A stretch of DNA of 64,000 bases from Raillietiella orientalis (lineage: Eukaryota), in NCBI GenBank assembly GCA_036172245.1, contig JAYWIR010000013.1, positions 310,001-374,000 of the forward strand, in the 5' to 3' direction. This document shows, in pieces, positions 1 through 12,568 of this stretch. A program made the position numbers and the translations under genes. A model generated the notes under the pieces. It did no database searches and had not been told where the DNA came from. It saw only the letters and a program-made list of their open reading frames with translations. Each line of letters opens with the position of its first letter. Position 1 is the stretch's first letter.

Positions 1-36
1 CCCTCCTCTTGTGTCAGCGGAGAGGGTGCCTTGCAG

Positions 37-3000
37 AGCAGCAACGATTCCGTGACCGAGAGGTGGGGGCGAGTGAAGGTCCGACATGGAGGGAGCGAAG
101 GTGCCAAGGTTCCAAGGCCCGACCTGCCAGGGAAAGGAGGAAGGATATGCCTATCTCCAGCACGCTGCGGGGCTCTCCCTCGAGAGTAGGGTACCTTTCA
201 CTCCGTCTCTGGTTGCAGAAAGGAGCGGCTGCCCGGAATACACAAAAAATGAAGACCCAGTTGGCAGAGACAGGACGGAGGCTGGAGGAGCTCCTGGGCA
301 CCAAGAGAGACGAGTCGAGACGGGTTCTGGAGCAGAAGAAGGAGCTTGCCAGGATGAAGCAGCTGGAGACGAGGGCCAGAGAGGATCTGGAGTCCGGGCG
401 GACAAGAATCCGAGAAATGGAGAGAAAGCTGGCTGAGAAGAAGACGCTCAACGAGTCTGTGAAGGCGCAGGTCGAGGACCTCGGACGAGATGTAGACAGA
501 GATGCCCGCAGGCTGGACCTGGAGAGGTGCTCCCAGCAGGAGGGTGCCAACCACATCCAGAGATGCATCGAGACCCACCGGAAGCAGGCAGGTGGCGGGA
601 CGGGGAAAAATGAAAGGAGGGTCTGGAAGGATGCACCCAGGAGGCGCTTTCTCCGCGTTCCCTTGAACTTTCCTGGGAAGGAAGAGTGAAATGCGGAAGG
701 GTCCTGGGATAGAGGGATAGATGGACGCATCGGAAGAAGAGACCAACATATACTTTCCCGTCCCTTTTCCCTCCTGCCCGTCCACTTTCCCTCTTCTTTC
801 CCCTTCTGTTCCTCTCACACTCGGAATCCACATTGACGGCCGCCCCCCCCAGGAGCTGAGTCTCAACTGCCGCCTGCAGAAGGGAGTCTCGAAGAAGAAG
901 ATTCTAGAGGTCCGCCTCTTGGAGGCGGCGGCGTGCCGGGAGGAGATGCAGGGGCGCCTCGAGACGAGCCGCCGGCTGGCAGAGGAGGCCGTCGAGAGTG
1001 CCCGGCGGCGGAAGCAGGAAGTCGCCGGGCTGCGCAAGCGAGCACAGTCCCTCTCACGAAGGAAGGAAAACTCGCGGAGCGAGATGGAGAAGGCTCGAGG
1101 AAGCATTGCAAAGGAGACCGAGCGCGTCGCCGCCAGGATGCGCGCCCTCAAGGAGCGCATCCGCCTGGAGAAGGAGGACGCGGACGACATCACGAAGCAC
1201 ATCGAAGCCAAAAACGCCATCGTGAGTAGTGGTAGGAGGAATAGACGGAGAAGAGAGGGGAGGAAGGGAAGGGAAAGACTCGTCCACTCTTCGCGAAGGT
1301 GGTGTGGAGGCGTTTCCTCGGAAACTGGTCTTCCCCGGAGCGCGCGCGCTTCCCTCGAAAAGCTGGCTAGAGAAGTCGGGGGAGACGCTGACCTTCTCTT
1401 CCGCGAGCATCTTCAACAACTTCAGGAGCATCCATCTTCCTTTCACTGACATGGGAAAGGAACCGCACAGCTTCGTGTCTTCCTCGTCCTCCCTTACCTC
1501 CGATTTTATCTTTCGGGTTATTCTCGGGAATGGCCTTTGGGTTTCCTCGGACTAATTATCAACTGCCGGAAGAGGGAAGGTCATTTCCAAAGCGTGCAGC
1601 TCTTCTTTGAAGACGGCACTTTTGTCCTGCTTTTCGGAAGCATTCATCGTAAAAGCTCTGGCAACCGAAAGGCCTGACGAAAGGGAAGAGGAAGAGACGT
1701 GTTCCTCTCCTGTCATTGCTGAATTGGGGAGCTGTTAACTTCTTGTGACCTCCCGGGATAACGAGATGCGGGAGCTTGGTTTTGATGAGGGGAGGCTAAG
1801 CGTCCCTTCACAAGCAGAGGCCAGCTCGACTGACCCCTTACTTACATCCTCAGGCCGATGATCTCAGCTGCAAGTTGGAAGCTCTGAGCTCGCAGATCAA
1901 GGACCTGACCCAAAAGATTCGCTGCAGGCAGTCCCGTAACGCTGACGACGAGGCGGCAGCCGAGTTCACGGCTCGCAGTGTCGCCAAGCTGCGGGGCGAG
2001 GTGCAGCAGATACGGAGGCGTCGCGAAGCCCTGGCGGCGGAGGTGGACTCGAGGAGAAAGGTCGAAGAGAGCGTCCGATCAGCGCTTGAGAGGGCGCGCT
2101 GCCGCGCCAAGGAGCTGCGCTGCGACCTTCGCTTCGTGGCCGGGGAAGTGGATCGTTCCGTAGCCAAGCTTCGTGGGGACATGGACATCCTCCAAGAAAT
2201 CAAGGAGTCACTCCATTCCAGGATGGACAACCTCGTCGTCCAGGTGATACATCTCTAAAGGCATGTCTGTGGGGGCGTATAAGCACCATGAAATTGCGCT
2301 TGTGCTTGCCCTTATCCTCTCTGGCATACGGCGATGGAGAATCTTGGAGCGGGAGAGAAGATGGACACCACGGACAGACGGAAGAGGGGCATCTGCGCAC
2401 GGGCAGGGATCTACGTAGTGTGCACGAAGAGATCAGGCCGGAGGCTAAGAGGGGATGAGGCAGGAGAAGACCTCAGGAATGAGGCTAAGGAAAAGGTCAA
2501 GGGGAGGTTGAGGTGGGCTAAATAGGAGGTCGGAAGGCGTCGGTCAGGCGAAAGTCGTGGGGAGTCGCGTGCGCTGGCGATCTTCCCTCCAAAGAGCCGT
2601 CTAGAGTGCATTTCTCTGCCTTCACGTACTCTTACCCTTTTTCTTTCCCCTTTCCAGATGCAGATGAAGAACATGGCACTGCTTTGCGTCTCCCAGGAGG
2701 AAAGTAACCTGAAGGAGGAGTTGGGAAGGGAGACCCGTGCTATCCACCGACTGGAAGAGAACATCGAGTCGCTGCAGGCGGCCAAACGGGCCCGCATCCC
2801 AGAGGCGGCGGCTCTGAGGAAGCGAAAAGAGGCTCTGGAGATCAAAATCCAAGCAGTGACTCAGAAGATCGCGTTCTGCAGGAGTGACGCCAGGAGAGCG
2901 GAATCGGAGGCGGCCGAGGTCCGCGAGAAGATCAAGCACCTGCAGCGTGAGAGGATACAGGAGCGCGCATGCCACGAAAGCGAGATGAGCAAGGAGAAGC

Positions 3001-4132
3001 AGCTGCAGATGGAGATCAGCAAGAGCATGGGCAGTGTCTACAAGCGGGTGAGCCCTCCTGGGAATAGGATGCCTCTTGGGAAGAGGCTGGGCAAAAGTCC
3101 TTCCCATCCGGGACTCCGCCGCGCCAGCGCTTTCCTCAGAGAGGGCACTACGGAGCCCTCCATTTTTCCGCGCATCCCCATTTCCGTGATACTAGGGGGC
3201 TCGCCGACTTGCCGCGACTTCAGGAGCCTTCGCCCGTCTCTGTGGCAATCCTTAGCGTGCGCAGCCGGTCTTTCAAAGCAGATTTTTCGAAGAGAAAAGA
3301 GGTAGAAGAAGGAAAAGCGACGTCCCTTGGCTCCTTCCTCGAGAGTCTTCCTTCCTTGGCTCATTAGCGGAAGTGGTATGTCTCCCCTCCTTCCCTTACT
3401 ATCTTCCCTCCGCGTCCGCTCCTGAAGCCATCAGTCCCCACAGGCTGGTTTCCGTGTCGCCTTCATCTCGGACCTAGAGAGCGAGCGCCTCGGGTGGGGC
3501 AACAGACCGGATGCACGGCTAGGGATTCTCAGGACCTCAAATGGAGGAGAAGGAGCAGCAGCGGAACGGGAAAGAATTCGACTTACCCTCGCGTTACCTC
3601 TTCTTTCTGCCTCTCCCTTCGCCTCGTACCCTTCCGTCCTGCTCATCATCGCCGTCGTGCTCTCCTTCCCCTTCTTTCCTTGCCTGTAGGACAAGCAGTG
3701 AATTCTTGCCCCGTTCGCGGCTCAAACAACTCGTTGGGCATCCCGGCAAACGAACTTCTCGAAAACCGAGAGAGTGGCCGTCTCCCGCAACCAGAGAACC
3801 ACTGAGTGGGGACCCCATGAGTTCCTCTGAAGAGGACCTGGGGTTGTTTCCTTTTTTTCCAATGTCCTGTTTTTCCCTTTTCAGCTTCAGGAGGAGTACA
3901 ACGGGAAGTTGCTCGTCGAGAAGGAGAAGGCACGCTCTTTGGAGAAAGAGGTAAGCGAGGTCCCTCCACAGTCCCACGTAGGAAGCAAGTGCCTCTGCCC
4001 AAACCCCTCATTCCATCCCCCCTTCTCCTCCCTTTTTCTGCCTCCTTCTCCCTCCTCCTCCCTTCATTCCCGTTTCAGATTGCGGAGAAAAAATCCAGGC
4101 TCCTGAGGATCAGACACGTCGTCTGCAACTGA
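37..4132 (+). CDS. Long coiled-coil (K/E/R-rich) protein, 3' portion; 5' end probably upstream of the window. Exons: ~37-62, 219-587, 853-1221, 1854-2243, 2658-3047, 3885-3950, 4079-4132 (stop TGA)
   Basis: ORF segments with heptad-like K/E/R/L content (e.g. MKTQLAETGRRLEELL..., ELSLNCRLQKGVSKK..., ADDLSCKLEALSSQIKDL..., MQMKNMALLCVSQEESNLKEEL...). They are bounded by polypyrimidine+AG acceptors and GT (one GC) donors, all joining in phase 0. The last exon reads IAEKKSRLLRIRHVVCN*, with AATAAA at 4233-4238. Family not recognised; a CCDC/CFAP-like identity is only inference. Confidence 0.8.
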
Positions 4133-4232
4133 GGACCTCCCGTTTAGCGCTCCCCACCTCTTGAAGAGACCAGGAGCAAGGGAGGCCTCAGAGTGAGTAA
4201 AATCGAAGAGGAAGGGTGGTGCTCGCATCTTG

Positions 4233-4238
4233 AATAAA
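4233..4238 (+). promoter_or_regulatory. Polyadenylation signal of the coiled-coil gene
   Basis: AATAAA about 100 nt after the TGA at 4130-4132. Confidence 0.55.
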
Positions 4239-5962
4239 CCAGCGGAGGCTTCCGTTCTGGAGAGAGCTCATGCGAAAGGGACAGGCAGGGTGTGGGTGGC
4301 TCGCTCCTCCACAGGCGTTCGACGCGCGCCCTCCACTCTTCCCATTCATTTTTATTCTACGATACGCTGGGGCCCTCTCTTGGCTAAGGTCAGATCAGGT
4401 CAAGGAAAACATCCTCGCTTCGTTTATTCGTTTTTCTTGCTACGATTTTTATTTCTCTTTTTGGGGGGAAAGGGGAAGAGGGAGGGAGCACACTTTGAAT
4501 GAAGATCGGGATCAGGTTGCACGATGCTCCGCCGCTAGTGAGTCATTCGTCTCCCGACCCCCAATGCAAGGAGTCAGGAAATTTGTGTTGCGGCGGAGCT
4601 CGGGCACGAGTAATCATGAAGACTTTTCCGACTGCCTGAGAGGGTCCTTCGCTTCATTAAGGATCACCGCTCTCCTGGGCACTTTTGTTCCCCTTTTCAG
4701 CGGCTGGGTTAGCCTCCTTTCGCCGGTATCTCGAGACGGATGCTTGCTTTGCATTAGTTTGTAGGAAAGCAACTTTCAAAGAGTTTCCGGCTTCTCCGAG
4801 CCGCAGTTCTCTTGCGTAGTCACATCCAGGTGCACAATGGAAAGCGTTCCGTGTGCAAAACGATGAGGGTTAGCATTGACACTTCCACGAAACGTTCGTG
4901 GGCAAAAAGATGATTGCTTCCAACAGAGAAATGGGAAACTGAAGTGCACGCTGGAAATCACGGGCAGGTTCGTCACCGCGGAGCAGCGATTCCAGGAATG
5001 AGAACGCATTTAAGAGGTCAAAATAAAAAAAGTCTGAAAAAAGAAATCTGATGGTTTTGGCAATGGCACTTCCTGTAAACCCCCATTGAAAAATGTAACA
5101 TTTTACACCCAAAGAAACAGAAGAACGTGTTATCGGAATAAGCACCGCATGTGGTTGCTCAAACTAGAACGAGAAAATGAAGACCACTATTGACACCAAG
5201 TGCACAAAAAAACGCATTGCAGGGTTTCTGTTTGGTTTACCTGAATACTCTAGTATTGAAACAAGATTTGGCATTTATTAGGTTGCCACATGTTGAGGGA
5301 ACCGACATGGCTTTCAGTTTTTCTCTTTGAAACTTCTTACGTCTTTTCATGGCATGTAGAATAACCCATTTCATGGAAAATATCAAGAACCCAATTGTCC
5401 ACTTGACTTCGTCTCAGTAAATTTATTCACATAATTTAGTTCCTAAAATCTCAGCGAATTCCATCTGTATCTATCTTTACAAACTGTAAGGCAGCAAGTA
5501 CCGCCGTTCAAAGAGCCCAAAGGCTGCCACAAAAAATTTGAAAAATTCCCTATGACAAAGATAAGACACAACCTCAGTACTGACTTTTAAAACGTAAGCA
5601 GCAATTCTTTGTTCGAAAAGTATGGGTCTCCCTTTACCCGTATAATCAATAGATCACTGCAAAAGTAGAGCTGTCAGTCTCAGTGCAGCAATTTTTATTA
5701 GTGGTCCTCATTAATACGACACAAAAAGACGTGCTTGGAAACAAAGAAACTTAATAAATTAGCTGTATTTTTCACTTCTTTACATGTGATCCTGCGTGTT
5801 TGCTATCAACTGTAGAGAACGATCTCTGTTAATGTGTTCCCTTCCCCTCTCCCCCCTTCAAAAAAAAAAGGATGTTACGAAACGTTTTAAATTTAAATAT
5901 GTTTCCTGATCATTTGATTGGATTTTTTTCCCCCTTCGCGCGGTCTGTCTAAAGTTCGTGAG

Positions 5963-5990
5963 TGTAGGGGAGCAGCACTGCTCCCCTACA
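5963..5990. repeat. Perfect 13-bp inverted repeat with 2-nt loop
   Basis: TGTAGGGGAGCAG-CA-CTGCTCCCCTACA. Confidence 0.9.
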
Positions 5991-6899
5991 AAAGAGAGAT
6001 GCTGTTCAAGACAATTTGCTGCTCTTTATTGCATAAAATATAGCAGCAAGGACATGCTGCCGTGGTTCACAGAGAAAAATTTCCTTTTCCCTTTCTTGTG
6101 ATGTGCTCAGCCTGGGACATGGGCGGGCGAGGACATATTCCTCAAGAGATTATACCTCAAACTCGCTAATCAGACGCATCAAAACACCAAAAGTAAAGAT
6201 GGCCAAGGGTGCACAAACACACAAAACCCAGATTTCTGAGGTTGTTTAGTGAATTCCTTCGTCCCCGTGCTACGAAGAAGATTCGGTTGAAGTCTGCAAT
6301 ACTGAATGTGTGTGAGCGCGCGCTCACGCAAACGAAAGCAAGACACATTTAGGAATTACAGAGGGAATGAGGTGCTAAATCGGAACCGAATTCTAACTTT
6401 GAAGGCTATAGATGAAAGTATCGAGTCCAAGTTTTGACGTAAAACTGAAAAAAATATGAAACGTGGATGCAAAGGAAAATGAACAAGAAAGAAGCATGCA
6501 TTCGACGTCAGCGCTGCCAACCTAAAAACGAGAAAACCTATCTTTTTTCGAGACGCAAGAACAAACTGCTGACGCAGACAGGAATCGCAATGCAGCTGCC
6601 AACAGACAGAGAAAAAGCAAAAAGGAGTCGGTACAAGTCGAACGCTTCCTGGAACCGGTGTGCCCCGGTTTCCGTGTGCCTCGATCCCAAGCGGTGCTTT
6701 CAGCACGCACCGCGTATGCTGAAAGTGTTGCAGGCCTGCCAGATAAATCTTCTGCTGGACTCCAGGAATTAGACGAGCAAAATGATTATGCGAAGGGAAG
6801 CTGTGCCCACAGACAATCCCCTTTTCAGGTGATCGCATCGCATCTCCTTTGGAACGCTTTGCCTTTGGCATTACACAGAAACAATCCAGCATCGGGAAT

Positions 6900-8526
6900 T
6901 TCAATTCGAAAACACACACCCGCTCGCACACCGTGAAAACTGATTGCACTCGGTGTTTAAGATGCGGTGTCTGTGTACAAACAGCTGCACTTGGTCTCAG
7001 GAAGCATATGTAAGTTAATCGTACACTGGCAATTCCAAGTCATTCCCCGTTCCATACTAACTTGGAAGTATTTTCTACCCGGACTTTGAACCATTTCACG
7101 ATCGTTTAAGCACTCAGTAATGTTATTATGAAGGAATGAAAGAGTAAGACCAAGTGTAAGAGGAACTTCATTTTAATGTATCAAATGTGGTTTTCAACTT
7201 GGGTCGAGCGGAGCATTGAAAACAGATCAATAATGTGAACGGAAGTCTGTATAACTATCAGAGTGATTCCTAGGAGGAAAAAAAAAACATGTTTTGAGCT
7301 CGGTCTTATAATACAGCCTTTTAATTCACGAAAACCATAGTGACTCATCAAATAATACGGTTTTATTGCTATTAAACGGAATTCCAACCAAACTGAATTA
7401 TTTCCTCGAATTTCTACTATTTGTTTATTATATTTTATGGTATAGCCCCCTTAAATGATATAACCCCCCATTTTGCAGGTATATTAAGGAATTGCACGTT
7501 AAAGATACTGTCGAATTCAACAGGACATTGAAAGCATTATTCGGTTCAGGGACCTTTTCGATTACGATTTTGAAATGAGATTGTAAGTTGGAATGGAACT
7601 AAGATCAAGCGATTACTTTGCATTCCTTCAGTACTGTTGTAGTGACTGGCAGTACAACTCAATTCTAGCAGTAATAGAAAGTCAAATGCTTTGCTTGGTC
7701 ATGAACGTTTTTTTTGTTTGTTTGTTTCTTTCATCCAAGAAATTCTGCCAAATGATTCCCTTATGGACCCAGACATGATGTATTTACAAACTCCCTTTTT
7801 TTTTCTTTCAAACCTTTAGCAAAGTGATGGGATACAAGTATTTCTGTTGATACTCTCTTTATTATGTTTTTAATGAATGCCATATGTTTCTACTTGCATT
7901 ATTTTACTGCATCTCTTTCATCTCTTCTTTCTGGCATTGGTAATGTTTTTTACCCACAATGGAATGTGCACATTTGGTCAGATATTCTGCACCATGAGTA
8001 GTTTTAAAATCCTGAAGTTTTCTCACATAGTTCTTGATAGAAGGTTGTGCTTCCATAGTTGAAGTATGAGAAACAACTTTGATTCTGAATTTCAATATCT
8101 ATCAGTCAAAGATGTTGGATCCAAAGTAACTGTTATATTTGCAAAAACATTTACATCCATGTGTAGTTAGCATCCACATATAGATAGATATTCTGCTACC
8201 AACATAATTCTGCACCTATGTTGATTAAATGTCTTGGCACATAGACTATAATAAATAGGACACTTGCAAATCTCTCTGATTCTGCAAGCTTTTTCTTGAA
8301 TATATGAGATTTGTATGAGCTCATCTAATCAGGTGTTTTGAAGTTTCAGGTAATGATGTCCTCCATTGTTGATATTGAATTTATCTGAAAATAAAATAAA
8401 ATACGAGATCTGGATGATAGATTGATGTGCAGATTTATTCCTGATACATTGAATGCAAAAGTTACACTCTGTAACTCACAAGCATTCTTGTAACTTTTGA
8501 ATATTACCTTTCACAAGAGGTTGCAC
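6900..8526 (+). other. Putative spliced 5' leader of TRAPPC10: exon ending 7009, exon 7479-7582, acceptor at 8517 or 8519. The start coordinate is approximate.
   Basis: Donors AT|GTAAGT (7010) and TT|GTAAGT (7583); acceptors ccccattttgcag (7478) and ttacctttcacaag (8517). The region lies downstream of a CpG-rich stretch (~6.1-7.0 kb) that could be the promoter. Confidence 0.45.
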
Positions 8527-11500
8527 ATGTGGACTACGCAAACACAACAAAATGAGGTGCATCATAAAGCTATGGTGCCTGCAAGGAAGCCTGTTGTTAC
8601 ATGTATGTTATGTTACGATCACTACTGCTTTTTAACAACTTTTCTGGCTTATTTTCTTGAGATAGTCTTATTAAAGTTTTTTCATAGATGCAGGCGATGT
8701 TGAGATTCTGGAAAAAGTATTACCATGTATACAGGCCCATTTGAGTCAGGAAGCAGAAGAATGGAAAAGGTCATTTGGCAGGCCTCCTAGACAGGTTCAT
8801 GTTTCTGCCAATTTTTCTTTATTTGAAGAAGAAAAATTGAAGGCTACCTCATTCCACAAAATGCTTGCTTATCCTTGTTTGCATACTTTTTGGATTAACA
8901 TGGCTGTGAGTCAAAAAATATTTTTGTCTTACTATTCCATGACAGATTCCAAACTACAAAACTTATGTTCATGATGAATTACAATCCTGGCTTCAAGTTC
9001 TTAAGCAACATAACATTCATGAATGGCTAGTTGTTCTTGTTGACTGTATAGACAGCCAGCATACTGGAAAGCTGCTATCACGTTCATCCATTGTGGATAA
9101 GATAAAGGCAGATCTAGGGCAAAAGCATATGGAAAAGTAAATTTTGTTTATTCTGAATTTTCCGGCAGAAGGTTTATCTACTTTTAGATGCATTTCAGTC
9201 ATAGATTTCAAGCCAGAGGATATACATTCAGGTGACAAAATACAGTTGCTTTTAAATCGTATGAGACAGATGATGCTTGTTGGGTATAACATCTGTGTGA
9301 GTCGTTATGAGGAAGGTCTGCGTGTGCAGCGAGAGAAGAGATCTGATCCAGATTGGACATTTTGTCAATATTTTATCTTACAAGAGGGATTGGCTTTGGC
9401 ATTTATGCAAATTGGACTGTATGAGGAAGCTCTTGTTCAGTATGATGAGTTAGATGCACTCTTATCTCAGTTTATAATTAATATCCAGAGTGGAGGTGAA
9501 AAAAGGATTTGCAAATTACTATGCTAAAATTTCTACTTATGTACAGAGTATCCTCCTTGGATGCAGCATCTAGCATTACCTCCTAAGAAATGGGAAGTTC
9601 CTGTGTTGAATAATGTTTACAAAGCAGGGTTGCATTCCTGGATAGTTGACTGCTCCATTACTCTACATGAATTGCGCACGTACCTCTTTCACCAGCAGTG
9701 CTACATACTGCAAGTTTTAGAGCAGCAGAACCAAGTAAGAAACATGTTAATTGTCAAAATATGCTGTTCGTAGATAGCAATACGTTGCCTCCCTTTTCTT
9801 TATAATCTGATCCATGAGATGAAGATGCTTGGGATTGAAGTTCCCCGGTGTTCCTTGATTGCCTGGGTGCTGTTATGCTGTTTGGAAGTGCTAGAACTTT
9901 GTCAGCCAATAATAGATGCATCTCCTTGTGGTCCATTTTCCCGTAGTATTGCTTCTTTGTGGAATTATGCCAGGGAGAAGTTACAGGAATTGGGGACACT
10001 GTGTGGACTTATGGCTGGAATGACACCAACCAGTAAACAGCTTCATTTGGTGGTGAATCTACTTTCCGAATTAGGAGATGATCCTATGTCTTCTGAAATC
10101 AGCACACCTTTAACCAAATTAAAAGAAACACTATCTTCTCAGGATGCATTCCAACAGCATTATACTGTAAGTGCAAAAAATAAGAATTAATTAAGTTTGT
10201 ATAGTTACTAGCAGAGCAAGCTTTGGGAACTTGCAAGCATGTGGGTAGGACTAGAACAGCACGTCTCATCGGTCGAGATCTTGCACGCTATTATCTTTGT
10301 CTTAAAGAACCTCACAAAGCAGAAGGATTTTTGAATGATGCTCTTGCAATGTATTCAAGTGAGCAGTGGGACCTGCTAGCCTGTGAAACAAGAAAGTTGC
10401 TTCTAGAATGCCATCTTTTCTCTGGGGAATCAGAAAAGTAAGTTAAATAGTTTTTTAAAGGATCTTTAACCTGGAACACTTAGGAGCATTATCACTTGCA
10501 TGCAGTTGTGCGCCAGTACTGCATTATCTGGTGATGTGGGATTGCAGTTTTCTGAACAGTTGTCGCAGATCATGCAGAAACTTCCTGATGGACATAATTT
10601 CATTATTGATGCTGTCCATATAGTGCATCTTGTTGATTGCATTTTTCAGGCTCCAGTTACAAAATTAATTTGTGGTGATGTGCTTCATGTCATCCTTAAA
10701 CTTAATTATGCTCTTCCTATTGATTTGCCATGTGAACAAATCTGTTTGGTTGTGAAAAAAATGCATCAAATCACCGATGACTGTTACATGAAATCTTCAA
10801 AGCAATCAGCTTCTGTTGAGAATCAATATCAACTGAAACATTCTAGGAGTTGCTACCCGGATCCATCAATGCAGTTAAGGTATCACCTAGATGAAGAAAT
10901 CAACTGGATCTTGTAGCTAGAAAGAAGGAAAATGATGCCCAAGAATTGTTGACAGAAAACTTGCCCCAAGATGGGAAGGTTTGTTTTCTTGCCAAGGACG
11001 TGACCTTGAAGCAAGGGAATAACTCAGTGAAGTTGCAGCTACAAGTAAGCTAAATCAGTATTGTACATAGAGGTAATCATAATCTTCCAAAAGGTTTGTG
11101 AAGAAGGAGAATTTTGCTTAGCATACGTGTGCTTGAAATCAAATAAATTAAACTTAATTTTGCACAGTGATCTCCTAATTCAGAACCATTTTCAAGTTAT
11201 TAAAGAGAAGACTCATCTGAAATTAATTCACGATGATCTTATAGCAGGAGTAGAACAGACAGCTACTCTACACATATATAATGGGAGCAATCCAATCCTA
11301 AACAAGACATTTATTGACTTGGAGTGCAGCACAGATCTCTTGATCCATTTGGATTCAGGATGGAGAAGGCATGCACAAATTCCCCTTGGAGCTTGTGGAC
11401 CATTCCAGGAAATCGAATTACCTTTACTTTTACTTTGTGAACTAAAAACACAAAATAACATGCAATGCATTGAGCAGCATATTACTGCTACAAGTGAAAT

Positions 11501-12482
11501 GCTAGATGTGTCAATGCGTATTGTTGTTAATTTCCATCCGCCATTTATGACAAGCACTTGTCTGCATACAGCTAACATGCGCAAATTTATCAAAGTCACT
11601 GTCCAAGGTCTTCTTGACCAGGATTTCCTACTTGCTGCCCCAGAGTTAGAATCACATGGAGATGTGCCAATCCAATGTTCTTCTCTGAATGTTTCAGAGA
11701 AGCACCTAGTAAGTACTTATTTATGGTTTTGATTTTAAAAAAAAAAAAACCCAAAATTAGGAAAATCACTGATTTACATGTTTAACTAGGTTGTGAGCCA
11801 AGATCAGAAGGCTTTTTTCATGTGGGAAGCAGACATCGATGAAACTACTGTTTCAAATATCAACTTTAGTTTCACAATGAAATATGGTCTTTCTTGCCCT
11901 CTCTTGTATCACTATAAGTGTCCTATTGTTCTGCAAGATTACCATGTAAGTTAACTTTGAGAAATTCTTGTTTCTGTTTAATCTAAAAGACTTAGACTTT
12001 GTACACGATCAGATCATCTGTGGAGCCAAAGAATAGCGAATTTTGCCGTGCTGGAACCATGTGTTACATGCATATTACCATTGCAAGAGTAACAGATTCA
12101 CCTTTTGATACTATTATGTATGAAGTACTGGCTGATCATAACATGTGGGCAATTTGTGGTCATACAGCTGGTGTCATTATCACAAATAAGGAATTACAAA
12201 CATATGATGTTACTCTCGATGTTATGCCCTTGAGTGGGGGATTTTTACCACTACCAGATGTGAATTTATCTAAATATGTTCCTTCTGGTAAGTTGCATGA
12301 CACATTCTGGGAGCCAGAATATGTCATGTATTCATTTATTAGAAAACATCTCAAAGCACAAACCTTCATCTTCTCTGGTTGCACGTTTAGATTCCTTTGC
12401 TCCTGGACAAGTGTACAACTGGAGTAGAACACAACAAGTTCATATTCTCCCTGCCCTTCCAACATATCACCTCAAAGGATAA
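8527..12482 (+). CDS. TRAPPC10: Trafficking protein particle complex subunit 10 (TRAPPII; Trs130/TMEM1). Exons: 8527-8602, 8688-8905, 8946-9136, 9188-9495, 9547-9734, 9774-10166, 10205-10437, 10484-10879, 10921-11044, 11094-11708, 11790-11945, 11996-12287, 12343-12482
   Basis: The spliced translation has hallmark TRAPPC10 motifs: KPVVTYAGD, EWKRSFGR, SIVDKIKAD, REKRSDPDWTFCQYFILQEGLA...EEALVQYDELDALLSQF, TLHELRTYLFHQQC, SLWNYAREKLQELGTLCGL, EFCRAGTMC, MYEVLADHNMWAICG, VMPLSGGFLPLPDV, FAPGQVYNWSRTQQVHILP. All junctions are GT-AG and phase-compatible. The exact start ATG is uncertain. Confidence 0.93.
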
Positions 12483-12562
12483 ATTTAATTTTGGACAGCA
12501 TTCTTGACTGAGGAACAAATGCAAATACATTTCTCAGACTTCTAAACAGTTTCTTGAAATGT

Positions 12563-12568
12563 AATAAA
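12563..12568 (+). promoter_or_regulatory. Polyadenylation signal of TRAPPC10
   Basis: AATAAA about 80 nt after the TAA stop. Confidence 0.6.

Noticed and set aside
14..3977. Long minus-strand ORFs (238, 340 aa etc.) rich in S/L/R/F
   Set aside because: These are antisense shadows of the GC-rich coiled-coil exons, with no independent protein signature.
6356..6949. 197-aa minus and 101-aa plus ORFs
   Set aside because: No recognisable homology or codon pattern. The stretch looks like a CpG-rich promoter/leader region.
10880..10920. Apparent frameshift or premature stop in TRAPPC10 (ORF ends ...EEINWIL*)
   Set aside because: It is resolved by a 41-nt intron AG|GTATCA...gtagctag|A that restores the frame (LR-KKEND) and matches local intron sizes. 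A 1-nt indel remains a less likely alternative.
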